This document shows, one piece after another, positions 25,198 through 33,380 of a stretch of 33,380 nt of DNA (position 1 is its first letter; every line of letters starts with the position of its first letter). A program made the position numbers and the translations under genes. Under the pieces are notes generated by a model that saw only the letters and a program-made list of their open reading frames with translations, did no database searches and was not told the DNA's origin. Source of the stretch: a virus. Its lineage: Duplodnaviria > Caudoviricetes. The stretch lies in the IMG/VR virus record IMGVR_UViG_3300025101_000088, positions 1 to 33,380 of that record, one strand, 5' to 3'.

Positions 25198-25681
25198 CTC
25201 TCGCAATAGTTGCAAATAAAAACATGAATAAACCAAGCACGGCTAAAATTACACCAGCCACCATGAAAGCATTTTTTACATTTTCTTCAAACTCTTTTTG
25301 TTTTTGTCTGGCTGCTTTTCTAGCAGCAGCTTGAGCTTCCTTAGCTTCTCGTATACGTTTAGCTCTTTCATCTACTATGCTTCGCCAAGTACCATGACCA
25401 AAACGCATATCCACCATACTAGCTATTTCTTGCATTTGTTCTTTTGCTAATTTGGCATCAATTATTTCTTGCGCTACTGTTTTTATACCAAATTGATCGC
25501 CGACTGATTGTCCAGACTTTTGGTTACGACGTTGTTGGACTTGTTTTTCCCCTTCAAAGAGGTTGTCCAAATAACCAGCAATCTCTCCAACATCATTAGC
25601 TGTGCTTATCGCACCCTTAATACCATCGACCGCGCTTTTAAATAACGCGATACCAGCTAGAGCCGTAGATATGGGTTCCAT
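25178..25681 (-). CDS. Hypothetical coiled-coil protein with C-terminal TM helix, next to the lysozyme
   Basis: GGAGG RBS before MEPIST; RFG.GTW motif; C-terminal hydrophobic segment. Confidence 0.8.
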   Translation of the reverse strand: MEPISTALAGIALFKSAVDGIKGAISTANDVGEIAGYLDNLFEGEKQVQQRRNQKSGQSVGDQFGIKTVAQEIIDAKLAKEQMQEIASMVDMRFGHGTWRSIVDERAKRIREAKEAQAAARKAARQKQKEFEENVKNAFMVAGVILAVLGLFMFLFATIARATLSIL

Positions 25682-25682
25682 A

Positions 25683-26123
25683 TCAGACCTCCCGCATACG
25701 GGAGACCAACCGTTCTGCACGATTAGTTACTTGTCTGTACCATTTAGAATCGACCATCTCATCTGCTGCCTGTTGCCAATCACGTGCATCGACACCAGCT
25801 TTCATGCCTTTGAATTTACTCAAACGCGGATAGCCCATATTGAACATCATATTTGCTATTATTAGTTGCACTTCTTCTGGTAAGGAATCAAAGTCGGCGT
25901 ACAATTTTTCACAGTCTTCGAGGACTGTTCCAACGTCTTTATTAAAGCACTCTGCGACTCTATCTGCTGTGATAGTTGTTCCGACTGGTTGGTTATATTC
26001 TTCGTCAGCTTCAGTGACCAAGTGACCAATCCCAAAAGTAGGCAGACCCAAATGATCCAAGTATATTTCATACTTACACCCCTCATCTGCTTCTATTTGT
26101 TCTCGTAATACTGCAAGATCCAT
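25683..26123 (-). CDS. Phage lysozyme (T4-type, GH24)
   Basis: DEG....IYLDHLG.PTFGIGHL (E-D-T triad), NMMFNMG, AA.EM.DS.WY.QV..RA. Confidence 0.93.
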   Translation of the reverse strand: MDLAVLREQIEADEGCKYEIYLDHLGLPTFGIGHLVTEADEEYNQPVGTTITADRVAECFNKDVGTVLEDCEKLYADFDSLPEEVQLIIANMMFNMGYPRLSKFKGMKAGVDARDWQQAADEMVDSKWYRQVTNRAERLVSRMREV

Positions 26124-29100
26124 TACACTAAACCTCGGATACCTTGGTTACGACGATTTGCTATAGCACCCCCCAACTCATCTTGTGGGAATAAATTAGC
26201 AAAATTAGTAATGCCTGTCCCTGCTGATGGGCTTGGTGATGGTTGTATCTGTGGCAAAGTAGGTGATAATGATGCCATAGGACCCATATCTACTGTACCA
26301 GTGCGCTCACGTTCCTCTGTAGGAGTTTCTTGTCCTGGTGCGACTTTTGGTGCAGTAATATCTGGCGGCACTAAATCTACTTCAAAATTTAAAGTATCTA
26401 ACATATTTTCTAATAAAGCGATGCTTGCCCTAACTCCTCCCGCGCCACTTTTAATTTTTATAGCTCTTTCAAGCTGTTCAACTGAGGGTTCTGCGGCAAA
26501 TACTTTTGATATATATTTATTAGTAAATAAATGTTTTAGAGCACCAACCGATTTTGCCGTACCTACATCTAACAACGAAGCACGGATATTACCTGTTGAA
26601 AACGCACCGCCAATGTCGGGTGTATTCCCTAAAAATGCAGCATAAATTTTAAAATTTTGCAACATATCTAATTCAGATGTGCCAGTAAAAGTCATATCAT
26701 CATTTTGTTTGATTTGTTTATTTACAAAATTACCAGCTTGATCAACCTCACCAAATAAAGGTTTAAAAGCTCTGTATTCCCCTTGGAAAGTCTGAAACTT
26801 TCTCATCTCTTCTGCTAGTTGTATGGGGTTAATTACAGTTTCACTAAAAGATTTTGCTGCCCCCTCTCTTTGTACTTGGGAAACTTTTTCAACAATATCA
26901 TCTAAAATAGCAGCTCTTATTTGTTTTGCTCTATCTCCACTCACACCGCCATTAGCATTAATGAATTTTGCCACGGCTGCATCTTGACCTTTAGCGTATT
27001 GAGCAGCAACATAGATTTTTGCGGTAGCACCGTTCGTTGTGAAACCGTCCATTCCTGCTTGGACAGGATCACTAGCCAATCGCTTTCCAGTTATTTCCCA
27101 AGAATTTAAAGCATCTTTAGTGGGCTTATCAAATAAAGTATTGAACAGTCGTAAATCACGTTTTTTCAAATCAGATATGCGTTTAAATCCCTCATCAGGA
27201 TTATGAATCAGTAAACTCGCAAAAGTATCACCAATATTTTTTATAAAAGCCTGACCAGCTTCTTTTTCTGTTGCGTTCAAAGCAGAGGTATTAGCCATAC
27301 GTTTAATTATGCCTAATGTCTCAAAAGTAATACTGCCATCTAATAGATTTTGTGCAACTTCAACAGGAGTGACTTCGCCTTTCCTACCAAATAGCTGACC
27401 CACTCTTGTAAAATTTTTAGCATCTATACGTTGTTTAACAAGTTCACCTGCTTCTGTGTATGCTTTTCGCCATGCGTCAGAGCCACCTGTAACTTTTCCA
27501 TTTTCAATACCGTTAAGTATTAAATTGTCTATCTGTTTAATAAGGTCTGTAGCACCCTTAGAAGCCTCACCCCCAGCACCATCATTTATTAAATCACTTA
27601 ATTGATCGCGTATATCTTTTAACTGCCTAAAAGAACTTATTAGTTCTGGCTCACCAGAACCTTTTACAGCTTTAAGATTTTTTATTTTAGGATCAAAAAC
27701 ATTTATAAGTTTATTAGTGATATTAGCTAGGTCACCACCAAAATCTCTGGTGCGGACAGTTTGTTCAGGTGCAAATTTTTTATCTTTATCTAGAGCTTTA
27801 CCTGTTGCTGTACGACCTCCTGCTGGTTGTTTAGTAATAGGTATGCCAGCTTTTACACGTTGTGCTTCTGCTACAAGATCAGATATATCAAATACAACAT
27901 CATCTATTCCTGCAACTGTGAAGGCTTCTGTATATTTACGGTCTATAGCATTTTTTATACCATCATCAAATTTTCTTGCACTTGCACTTAAAGCAGCAGC
28001 CGCATCATCTATCTCAGGCAATAAATCTTTTCCACCTGAGTTTAATCTAAATGCATTAAAAACATCATCTGCTAACTGTTTGTTTGTCAGCGCAATATAG
28101 TTGTAAAGTTCATCTTGACTTAATTGTTCATAATTACCGCCTAGTTTTTGCACTTTTGCATTTAAGGCTTGTAAAAGTTTTGATTGTTGATTAGATAAAT
28201 TTTTAGGCAAAGTATCAGCAGTACCCGATACTTGACTTGCAATGCCTCGCATGACTTGACTGCTGCTTAATTGTGATATATTTAAAGCAGGGAGTTTAAC
28301 GCCTGTCTCTCTTGCTATGGTTTGTGCTGCTTTTTGTGCATCAACCGCTTTTGGCACTGTGCTAAAAACACCAAGCTCATACAATAGACTTGTGTTTGGC
28401 TGTCCTTCAAAAATAAGGCCTTCACCTTCTTTAGCGAATCTACGCTCAAGAGATGACAGACCTTGCTTCACCATATGTTTACCAGCGCGTCCAGCTCCTG
28501 GGAGAACTTTGGTTAGTGTTGCATCGATAAGTGATAAAGCTACGCGGTCACCCGATAAAAACTTCATTTTAAAGTCTTTTTCATCACTAAAATATTCGCC
28601 ATCAGGGGTAGCTAAAAAATTAGCAATCGCATCATCTATAGTATTACCTACATAAGCTCCGCTTAGAGTTCCTAAAAAAGGACTGTAAATAGAACCTAGA
28701 ACTGATCCTGCAGTAGTGAAATTAGCAAAAGCTCCTGTGCCACCACCAATATCAGCAAAAGAAAATACATCATCAGATACACGATATGCTTTACCATTTG
28801 GTGATGTTTTGTACATTTCTACAAGGTTGCCATCACCTGTATCCACTCTGAACAGCTCTCCTCTAGGAAATTTATTTTTGAAATAACTTTGTCTTTGCTC
28901 AAATCTCGGCATACGGGATAAACTATCCCTATCCCCAAAACTTAATACTTTAGGATCAACATTAGAACCTTGGTAATCTGGCACTAAATCAAATAATACA
29001 TTTTCTACACGCTCTGCATCTAATACAGATGCTTGTTCGGCAGCATTAATTGTTTCTTGTGAAAGCATATCAGATAAAGATAATGAAAGAGGAGCATCGG

Positions 29101-29335
29101 GCGCGGGCAAAATAAAACCATTAGCTTCTAAATCATTAACTAAATTTACCCCTGCTGCAAAATCGTCTTCAGCAGCTTGTCTGTCTACTGTTGGGTCTGG
29201 CTCTGTAAATGTATCTTGCACTGTGATGGGTGTTAATGACACACCTCCAGGAGTTGTAGGAGGTTGCAAATCAGAAAAGTCCAGACTTGTACCACCAGCT
29301 TTCCCACCACCAATATCAGTAAAATCTAAACTCAT
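26123..29335 (-). CDS. Large putative internal virion (ejection) protein
   Basis: 1070 aa, helical, Ala/Gly-rich, Cys-free; last of three coupled large genes before the lysozyme. Confidence 0.7.
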   Translation of the reverse strand: MSLDFTDIGGGKAGGTSLDFSDLQPPTTPGGVSLTPITVQDTFTEPDPTVDRQAAEDDFAAGVNLVNDLEANGFILPAPDAPLSLSLSDMLSQETINAAEQASVLDAERVENVLFDLVPDYQGSNVDPKVLSFGDRDSLSRMPRFEQRQSYFKNKFPRGELFRVDTGDGNLVEMYKTSPNGKAYRVSDDVFSFADIGGGTGAFANFTTAGSVLGSIYSPFLGTLSGAYVGNTIDDAIANFLATPDGEYFSDEKDFKMKFLSGDRVALSLIDATLTKVLPGAGRAGKHMVKQGLSSLERRFAKEGEGLIFEGQPNTSLLYELGVFSTVPKAVDAQKAAQTIARETGVKLPALNISQLSSSQVMRGIASQVSGTADTLPKNLSNQQSKLLQALNAKVQKLGGNYEQLSQDELYNYIALTNKQLADDVFNAFRLNSGGKDLLPEIDDAAAALSASARKFDDGIKNAIDRKYTEAFTVAGIDDVVFDISDLVAEAQRVKAGIPITKQPAGGRTATGKALDKDKKFAPEQTVRTRDFGGDLANITNKLINVFDPKIKNLKAVKGSGEPELISSFRQLKDIRDQLSDLINDGAGGEASKGATDLIKQIDNLILNGIENGKVTGGSDAWRKAYTEAGELVKQRIDAKNFTRVGQLFGRKGEVTPVEVAQNLLDGSITFETLGIIKRMANTSALNATEKEAGQAFIKNIGDTFASLLIHNPDEGFKRISDLKKRDLRLFNTLFDKPTKDALNSWEITGKRLASDPVQAGMDGFTTNGATAKIYVAAQYAKGQDAAVAKFINANGGVSGDRAKQIRAAILDDIVEKVSQVQREGAAKSFSETVINPIQLAEEMRKFQTFQGEYRAFKPLFGEVDQAGNFVNKQIKQNDDMTFTGTSELDMLQNFKIYAAFLGNTPDIGGAFSTGNIRASLLDVGTAKSVGALKHLFTNKYISKVFAAEPSVEQLERAIKIKSGAGGVRASIALLENMLDTLNFEVDLVPPDITAPKVAPGQETPTEERERTGTVDMGPMASLSPTLPQIQPSPSPSAGTGITNFANLFPQDELGGAIANRRNQGIRGLV

Positions 29336-32095
29336 TTATCGACCTATGAAATCTAAAGCTCGTTCCAGAGCTGCTTGTCTATTTGGACCACGAGCAGGCA
29401 AAGTAGGGAAAATATTAGGATATCTATTCATGAGATTTTGATAATCTGCTTCTAACGCAGCAGTATCAGGGTAAGTACCTGCTAATCCAGATATATCATC
29501 AGTGCGGTCGGATAAAGCATCTGCACGTTCTCTCAAATTTTGCAATACTGAATTTGTTTCAGGATCTGCATACTTAGCATCTAACTTTGACTTCTCAATA
29601 TCATAAGCTAATTTAAGCTCAAATGAATCTGCACCGCCCTCACGTTTACCTGAAATAAAGGTATTCAATTCTTGTGCAACTTTAGTTTGTCTTTCTGATA
29701 TAGCCGTTAAGGTATCTGCTAATAGTTTATTCGCTCCTGGAGTTTTACCGATACCCAACGCAGCTGATTTAAGAATATCAATTTCTGTTTGATTGAGGTT
29801 TCCTGGGAATGCACCAGCCATTGATACAACCATTGCCTCACCAAGTGCTTCTTGCACTCTACCCACATCAGGATTGCCACCAAAGAAGTCTTCTAATGTT
29901 CCATCATCAATACCTAATTGTTTCTCAAGAAGGTTTTCTATACCCATCTCTTTAGCTAAATTAAGCACTGTCAATCTTGCAGAACCAAGTTGACCACCAC
30001 GGAATCCTTGATCACCACTTAATTCTGCTACAACCTGTGCTTGACTTGCAAGATTTGCTGCTACTTGTGCTGTTTCATTAACACCATCAATAGCTTTGAG
30101 TAATGATGTGGATGCAGCTTTTTTCAGGCTCTGCTCAGGATCGTATTGTCCTCCAGGTTTCGTTGTTTTAGCTTGTATATACTCATACAACATAAGTTGT
30201 CGTACTTCATTAGCTCTAGCAGTAGCGTAGGCTTCATCTGTGCCTTCGCCCATAGCATCAATTATACTTGTTTTATAGCCTGTTATGTATTGATCAACAG
30301 CAGCTTCAAATTCTGTTTTATCTTCCGCTGGTATGAGGGCTTTTGTAAGCACCTCTAATTCACCTGTTTCTGCTATAGTCATTGTTCCAGCTTTTGCCGC
30401 CGCTTGCAACTCACCAAACCTTCGCGCTTCCTTCATTCTTTCTGTCAGGTCTCCAGGAGGTGTATATCCAGCTACATTTACTTGTGATATTACACCGTCT
30501 TTGAGACGGAAAAATCCATCTTTAGCATCGCCAAGTATTTGTCCACCGCCCTCACTTATTACTTGATAATTTGATGGGCGATTTGCATCTACAAAAATAA
30601 TATCACCATCCTGAGTTGTTATTTCTTTCCAAGTTGTTTTTTGGTCACCACCTACTGTGCTTGCACCAGTATTCTTATCTGTTGTTACCCATTGAGTATC
30701 ACTAAGTCTAGTGACTTGGAAATTAGGGGCGAGTTTCCCATCTACAGTAAGAGGTTGATATTTCGTACCAGCAGCATTAGCAGCCCTTAATGCATCTTCA
30801 TCAATAACAACTACTTGATTACCTATTGTCTGTGTGGTTATTTTACCCTTTTCAAACATTTTCGGTATAGCGGCTGTGGTGTACGCTTGAATAGATTTCT
30901 TATAATCAGATGATTCTGTAGCTGCACGTTCCATCGCAGCTTTCTTAGCTAATAGATCACCCTGACCTCTAGCTTGTGCCATCTGCAAGATAGGATCACT
31001 TACTGCTTTTATTGTTTCAGGTGCTAAAATAGAGCTAATTAATTCCCCTTCAGGTGCATTAGCAACAGCAGCAGCAAGATTAAGACCTGCTATGTATGGG
31101 TTTAACTCATATGCTTTTGCTGAATCTTTATAAAGTTCTTGATACTGAGGTAGCAATTCAGCAGATGTTTTAGGTTGTGGTAAGCCTTGTACTAGAGCAC
31201 TTAATAATTGTTGTTGACTCGTCCCAGTTTGTGTGGGCGCAAATGCTACAGGGTCTCCTGGGAAAGACATTGCAGCTTGTGCATCATTTTGTAAGCCACC
31301 CTTAAACATTTTTACAGGTTGCTCACCCATCTCCATACGAGCCAAAGCCTCACCTTGCTCACCAGCTTTACCTAATGCAGATAATATATCCTCATCCATA
31401 ACAGGTTCAGGGGAATCTGGAGAGCCTTGGTCAGTGGCTTCTAGTAAAGTAAGCGAGGGCTGTATAAGTGTAAGCGCAGATTCAGGTGTTTTTTCAGCAT
31501 CTGATTTACCAATCAATTGTGCTAACTCACCACGACGCTGGTCTATACTTTGTTCATCACCACGGATAGCATTCATAATACCAGCATAATCACTAGCATT
31601 ATCAATACCCTCAGCCATACTTTGCATCATACCTGACATATCACCCATAACTTCTTCCATTTGGGCTTCTTGTTCTGGTGATGTTTCAAGTCCAGATGTT
31701 ATACCTTGTCCATCTGCTTTAGGTGCTTGACCACTAAACATAGTTCTTTGTAGTACAGGATCACTATAGGTTTCATTAGGTCGTAACATCGTAGCCTCCG
31801 GACCTGCCATATTACCTGAAGGCACAACCATACCAGCAACAGCTCCTGCTGGACCAGCAAAACGTCCCAAAGTTGATAAACCACCACGCCCTGCCGCTGG
31901 AGTTGCTTGTCCAAACCTAGCATCTAATTTTGCTTTTCTAGCAGCTTGCCTATTTGCTAACTCATTTGCTTTTGATTTTTTATCAAGCGACCCTTTTATT
32001 GCGCTCGCTACAAATGGCGCAGCACCTACCGCTGTCCCTCCACCGAGTAACAGAGCTCTAAGTCTTGGATCTTGTACTTCGCCTGGACCAGCCAT
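29336..32095 (-). CDS. Putative internal virion (ejection) protein
   Basis: 919 aa, low-complexity N-terminus, no Cys; position in a podovirus-type ejectosome module. Confidence 0.7.
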   Translation of the reverse strand: MAGPGEVQDPRLRALLLGGGTAVGAAPFVASAIKGSLDKKSKANELANRQAARKAKLDARFGQATPAAGRGGLSTLGRFAGPAGAVAGMVVPSGNMAGPEATMLRPNETYSDPVLQRTMFSGQAPKADGQGITSGLETSPEQEAQMEEVMGDMSGMMQSMAEGIDNASDYAGIMNAIRGDEQSIDQRRGELAQLIGKSDAEKTPESALTLIQPSLTLLEATDQGSPDSPEPVMDEDILSALGKAGEQGEALARMEMGEQPVKMFKGGLQNDAQAAMSFPGDPVAFAPTQTGTSQQQLLSALVQGLPQPKTSAELLPQYQELYKDSAKAYELNPYIAGLNLAAAVANAPEGELISSILAPETIKAVSDPILQMAQARGQGDLLAKKAAMERAATESSDYKKSIQAYTTAAIPKMFEKGKITTQTIGNQVVVIDEDALRAANAAGTKYQPLTVDGKLAPNFQVTRLSDTQWVTTDKNTGASTVGGDQKTTWKEITTQDGDIIFVDANRPSNYQVISEGGGQILGDAKDGFFRLKDGVISQVNVAGYTPPGDLTERMKEARRFGELQAAAKAGTMTIAETGELEVLTKALIPAEDKTEFEAAVDQYITGYKTSIIDAMGEGTDEAYATARANEVRQLMLYEYIQAKTTKPGGQYDPEQSLKKAASTSLLKAIDGVNETAQVAANLASQAQVVAELSGDQGFRGGQLGSARLTVLNLAKEMGIENLLEKQLGIDDGTLEDFFGGNPDVGRVQEALGEAMVVSMAGAFPGNLNQTEIDILKSAALGIGKTPGANKLLADTLTAISERQTKVAQELNTFISGKREGGADSFELKLAYDIEKSKLDAKYADPETNSVLQNLRERADALSDRTDDISGLAGTYPDTAALEADYQNLMNRYPNIFPTLPARGPNRQAALERALDFIGR

Positions 32096-33039
32096 TAACT
32101 AAATGCCTTCTGTGCTGCACCATATAGGCTAAGACCACCAATACCAGCACCTAATAATTGATTTAAAACACTAGGCTGTGGAGCCGCACCTGTCGTAATA
32201 ACAGATTGACTTGTTGGAGCACCACGCAATATATCACTGTAGAAACCAAGTCGTTGATATGGTTCATAGATTTGTTGCATTTGTGTTTGTCTTGCCGCTT
32301 CATCTTGTGCTTGCAATATACCACGCTCTTGTTCACCAAGTGCCGCCAGATTAGCCGTATCTGCAATATTAAGTTTAGTAGCAAGCTCGCCCAGACCAGC
32401 CTGTTGTAATCCTAATGCACCAATGCCTTGTGCTAACTGTCCTTGTGTTGCCCCTAATTGGCCTAACCCTTGAGCAGCTTGTAATGAACGTTGCATTTCA
32501 TTTTGTGCAGCTTGCTGAGCTTGCAAAAAGTTTTGCGCTTGTGATTGAGCTAACGCCTGAGCACGATTACGACCTATTTCAGCTTGTTGTATTGCACCTC
32601 TACTACCACCAAATGCACCAGCTCCTGCAGCAGTCAAACCAGCTTGTGCTGATTGTTGATCAAAAGAACGATTAATTTCATCTTGTATAGCTTGCTGATA
32701 CGGATTCATATAGGCATCCATTTGCGCCTGTGTTGGCGCACCTGTACCCATACCATAAGTCGCTTGTGCTTGTCCTAGGGCTGCTTGTCCAGCCTGAAAA
32801 GTAGGTAATGCTGCACCCATAGTAGTTGAGCCAGCCTGTAAATAAGGTTGATATGCCCCTAATCCTGTTTGAGCAGCAGTAAGCGCATCTTGCCCTGCTT
32901 GCGTCATACCTTGTGATGTTATTCCAGGAAGACCACCTGTGGGCGGTGCTGAAGTCAGAGCTTTAGCTTGCTCCATAAGCCCAATTTTATAGGCTTCAAT
33001 ATCAGGAGCTTCTCTGGTAATTACCTCTTCGACAGCCAT
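32095..33039 (-). CDS. Putative DNA pilot/ejection protein
   Basis: Gln/Ala/Gly-rich; YMNPY, GAFGGSR, EPYQRL motifs and a C-terminal GxGxGG helix. Confidence 0.75.
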   Translation of the reverse strand: MAVEEVITREAPDIEAYKIGLMEQAKALTSAPPTGGLPGITSQGMTQAGQDALTAAQTGLGAYQPYLQAGSTTMGAALPTFQAGQAALGQAQATYGMGTGAPTQAQMDAYMNPYQQAIQDEINRSFDQQSAQAGLTAAGAGAFGGSRGAIQQAEIGRNRAQALAQSQAQNFLQAQQAAQNEMQRSLQAAQGLGQLGATQGQLAQGIGALGLQQAGLGELATKLNIADTANLAALGEQERGILQAQDEAARQTQMQQIYEPYQRLGFYSDILRGAPTSQSVITTGAAPQPSVLNQLLGAGIGGLSLYGAAQKAFS

Positions 33040-33380
33040 TATGCCATCCTTTCAAACTTACGCATCATATCATACATGCGTTTTGCACCAGCTCTACGGT
33101 CGCCATCACCTGCGCCACGAACAGCTTTTGCATTCATAACAAATTCACCATCACTCAACATAGCTGGTATAGAATCACTGGTAGAGGTTCCTGGACCATT
33201 TATTTCACCACCGCCTCTAGCAAACAATGCTCCAGGAGTAAAAGTAGAATCTTGGTAATAAGGGTTATCACCGTAAAAATCCCTGCCATAACCATATTTT
33301 TCTGGCTGGTCTTTATAAAGCATCACACCTGTTGTATCATGATATCCATCTTGATCTTCATCATCAGGGTTATCATCAGG
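33039..33380 (-). CDS. Virion protein, C-terminal part (truncated by the window edge)
   Basis: Frame is open to the window end; FARGGEINGPGTSTSDSIPAMLSDGEFVMNAKAVRG motif. Confidence 0.8.
   Translation of the reverse strand, partial: PDDNPDDEDQDGYHDTTGVMLYKDQPEKYGYGRDFYGDNPYYQDSTFTPGALFARGGGEINGPGTSTSDSIPAMLSDGEFVMNAKAVRGAGDGDRRAGAKRMYDMMRKFERMA

Noticed and set aside
1-33380. tRNA/rRNA genes, integrase, IS elements, introns/inteins, stop-codon reassignment
   Set aside because: None recognised by eye. Core genes are uninterrupted, of normal length, and tile densely under the standard code.

Overview
A 33.4-kb piece of a dsDNA tailed-phage genome, most likely a marine podovirus-like phage resembling HTVC023P/CRP-901-type phages. 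An alphaproteobacterial host is plausible but cannot be shown from the sequence. Nearly all genes are on the minus strand. From left to right: small early-type cassettes, a PD-(D/E)XK resolvase, terminase small subunit, many small hypotheticals, a DenV-like glycosylase, an HD nucleotidase and family A DNA polymerase. Next is a thymidine-modification operon (Nmad/DUF1599-like protein, dUMP hydroxymethylase, radical SAM/SPASM enzyme, base-J/TET-associated-type GT-A glycosyltransferase, Zn ribbon, 5-hmdU DNA kinase). Then come DUF932, UvrD helicase, primase, SSB, a divergent SNF2 helicase, lysozyme and large internal-virion proteins. The most striking signal is that positions 7-1004 contain no GA or TC dinucleotide at all. 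The proteins encoded there lack Asp/Glu and their Shine-Dalgarno sites are GA-free. This zone is followed by TC/GA-dense (TCCA)n spacers and by a normal-composition paralog of the Asp/Glu-free gene. Together with the unusual modification operon, this suggests (inference) a TC-context DNA hypermodification whose density is laid out along the genome to control early expression or DNA entry.
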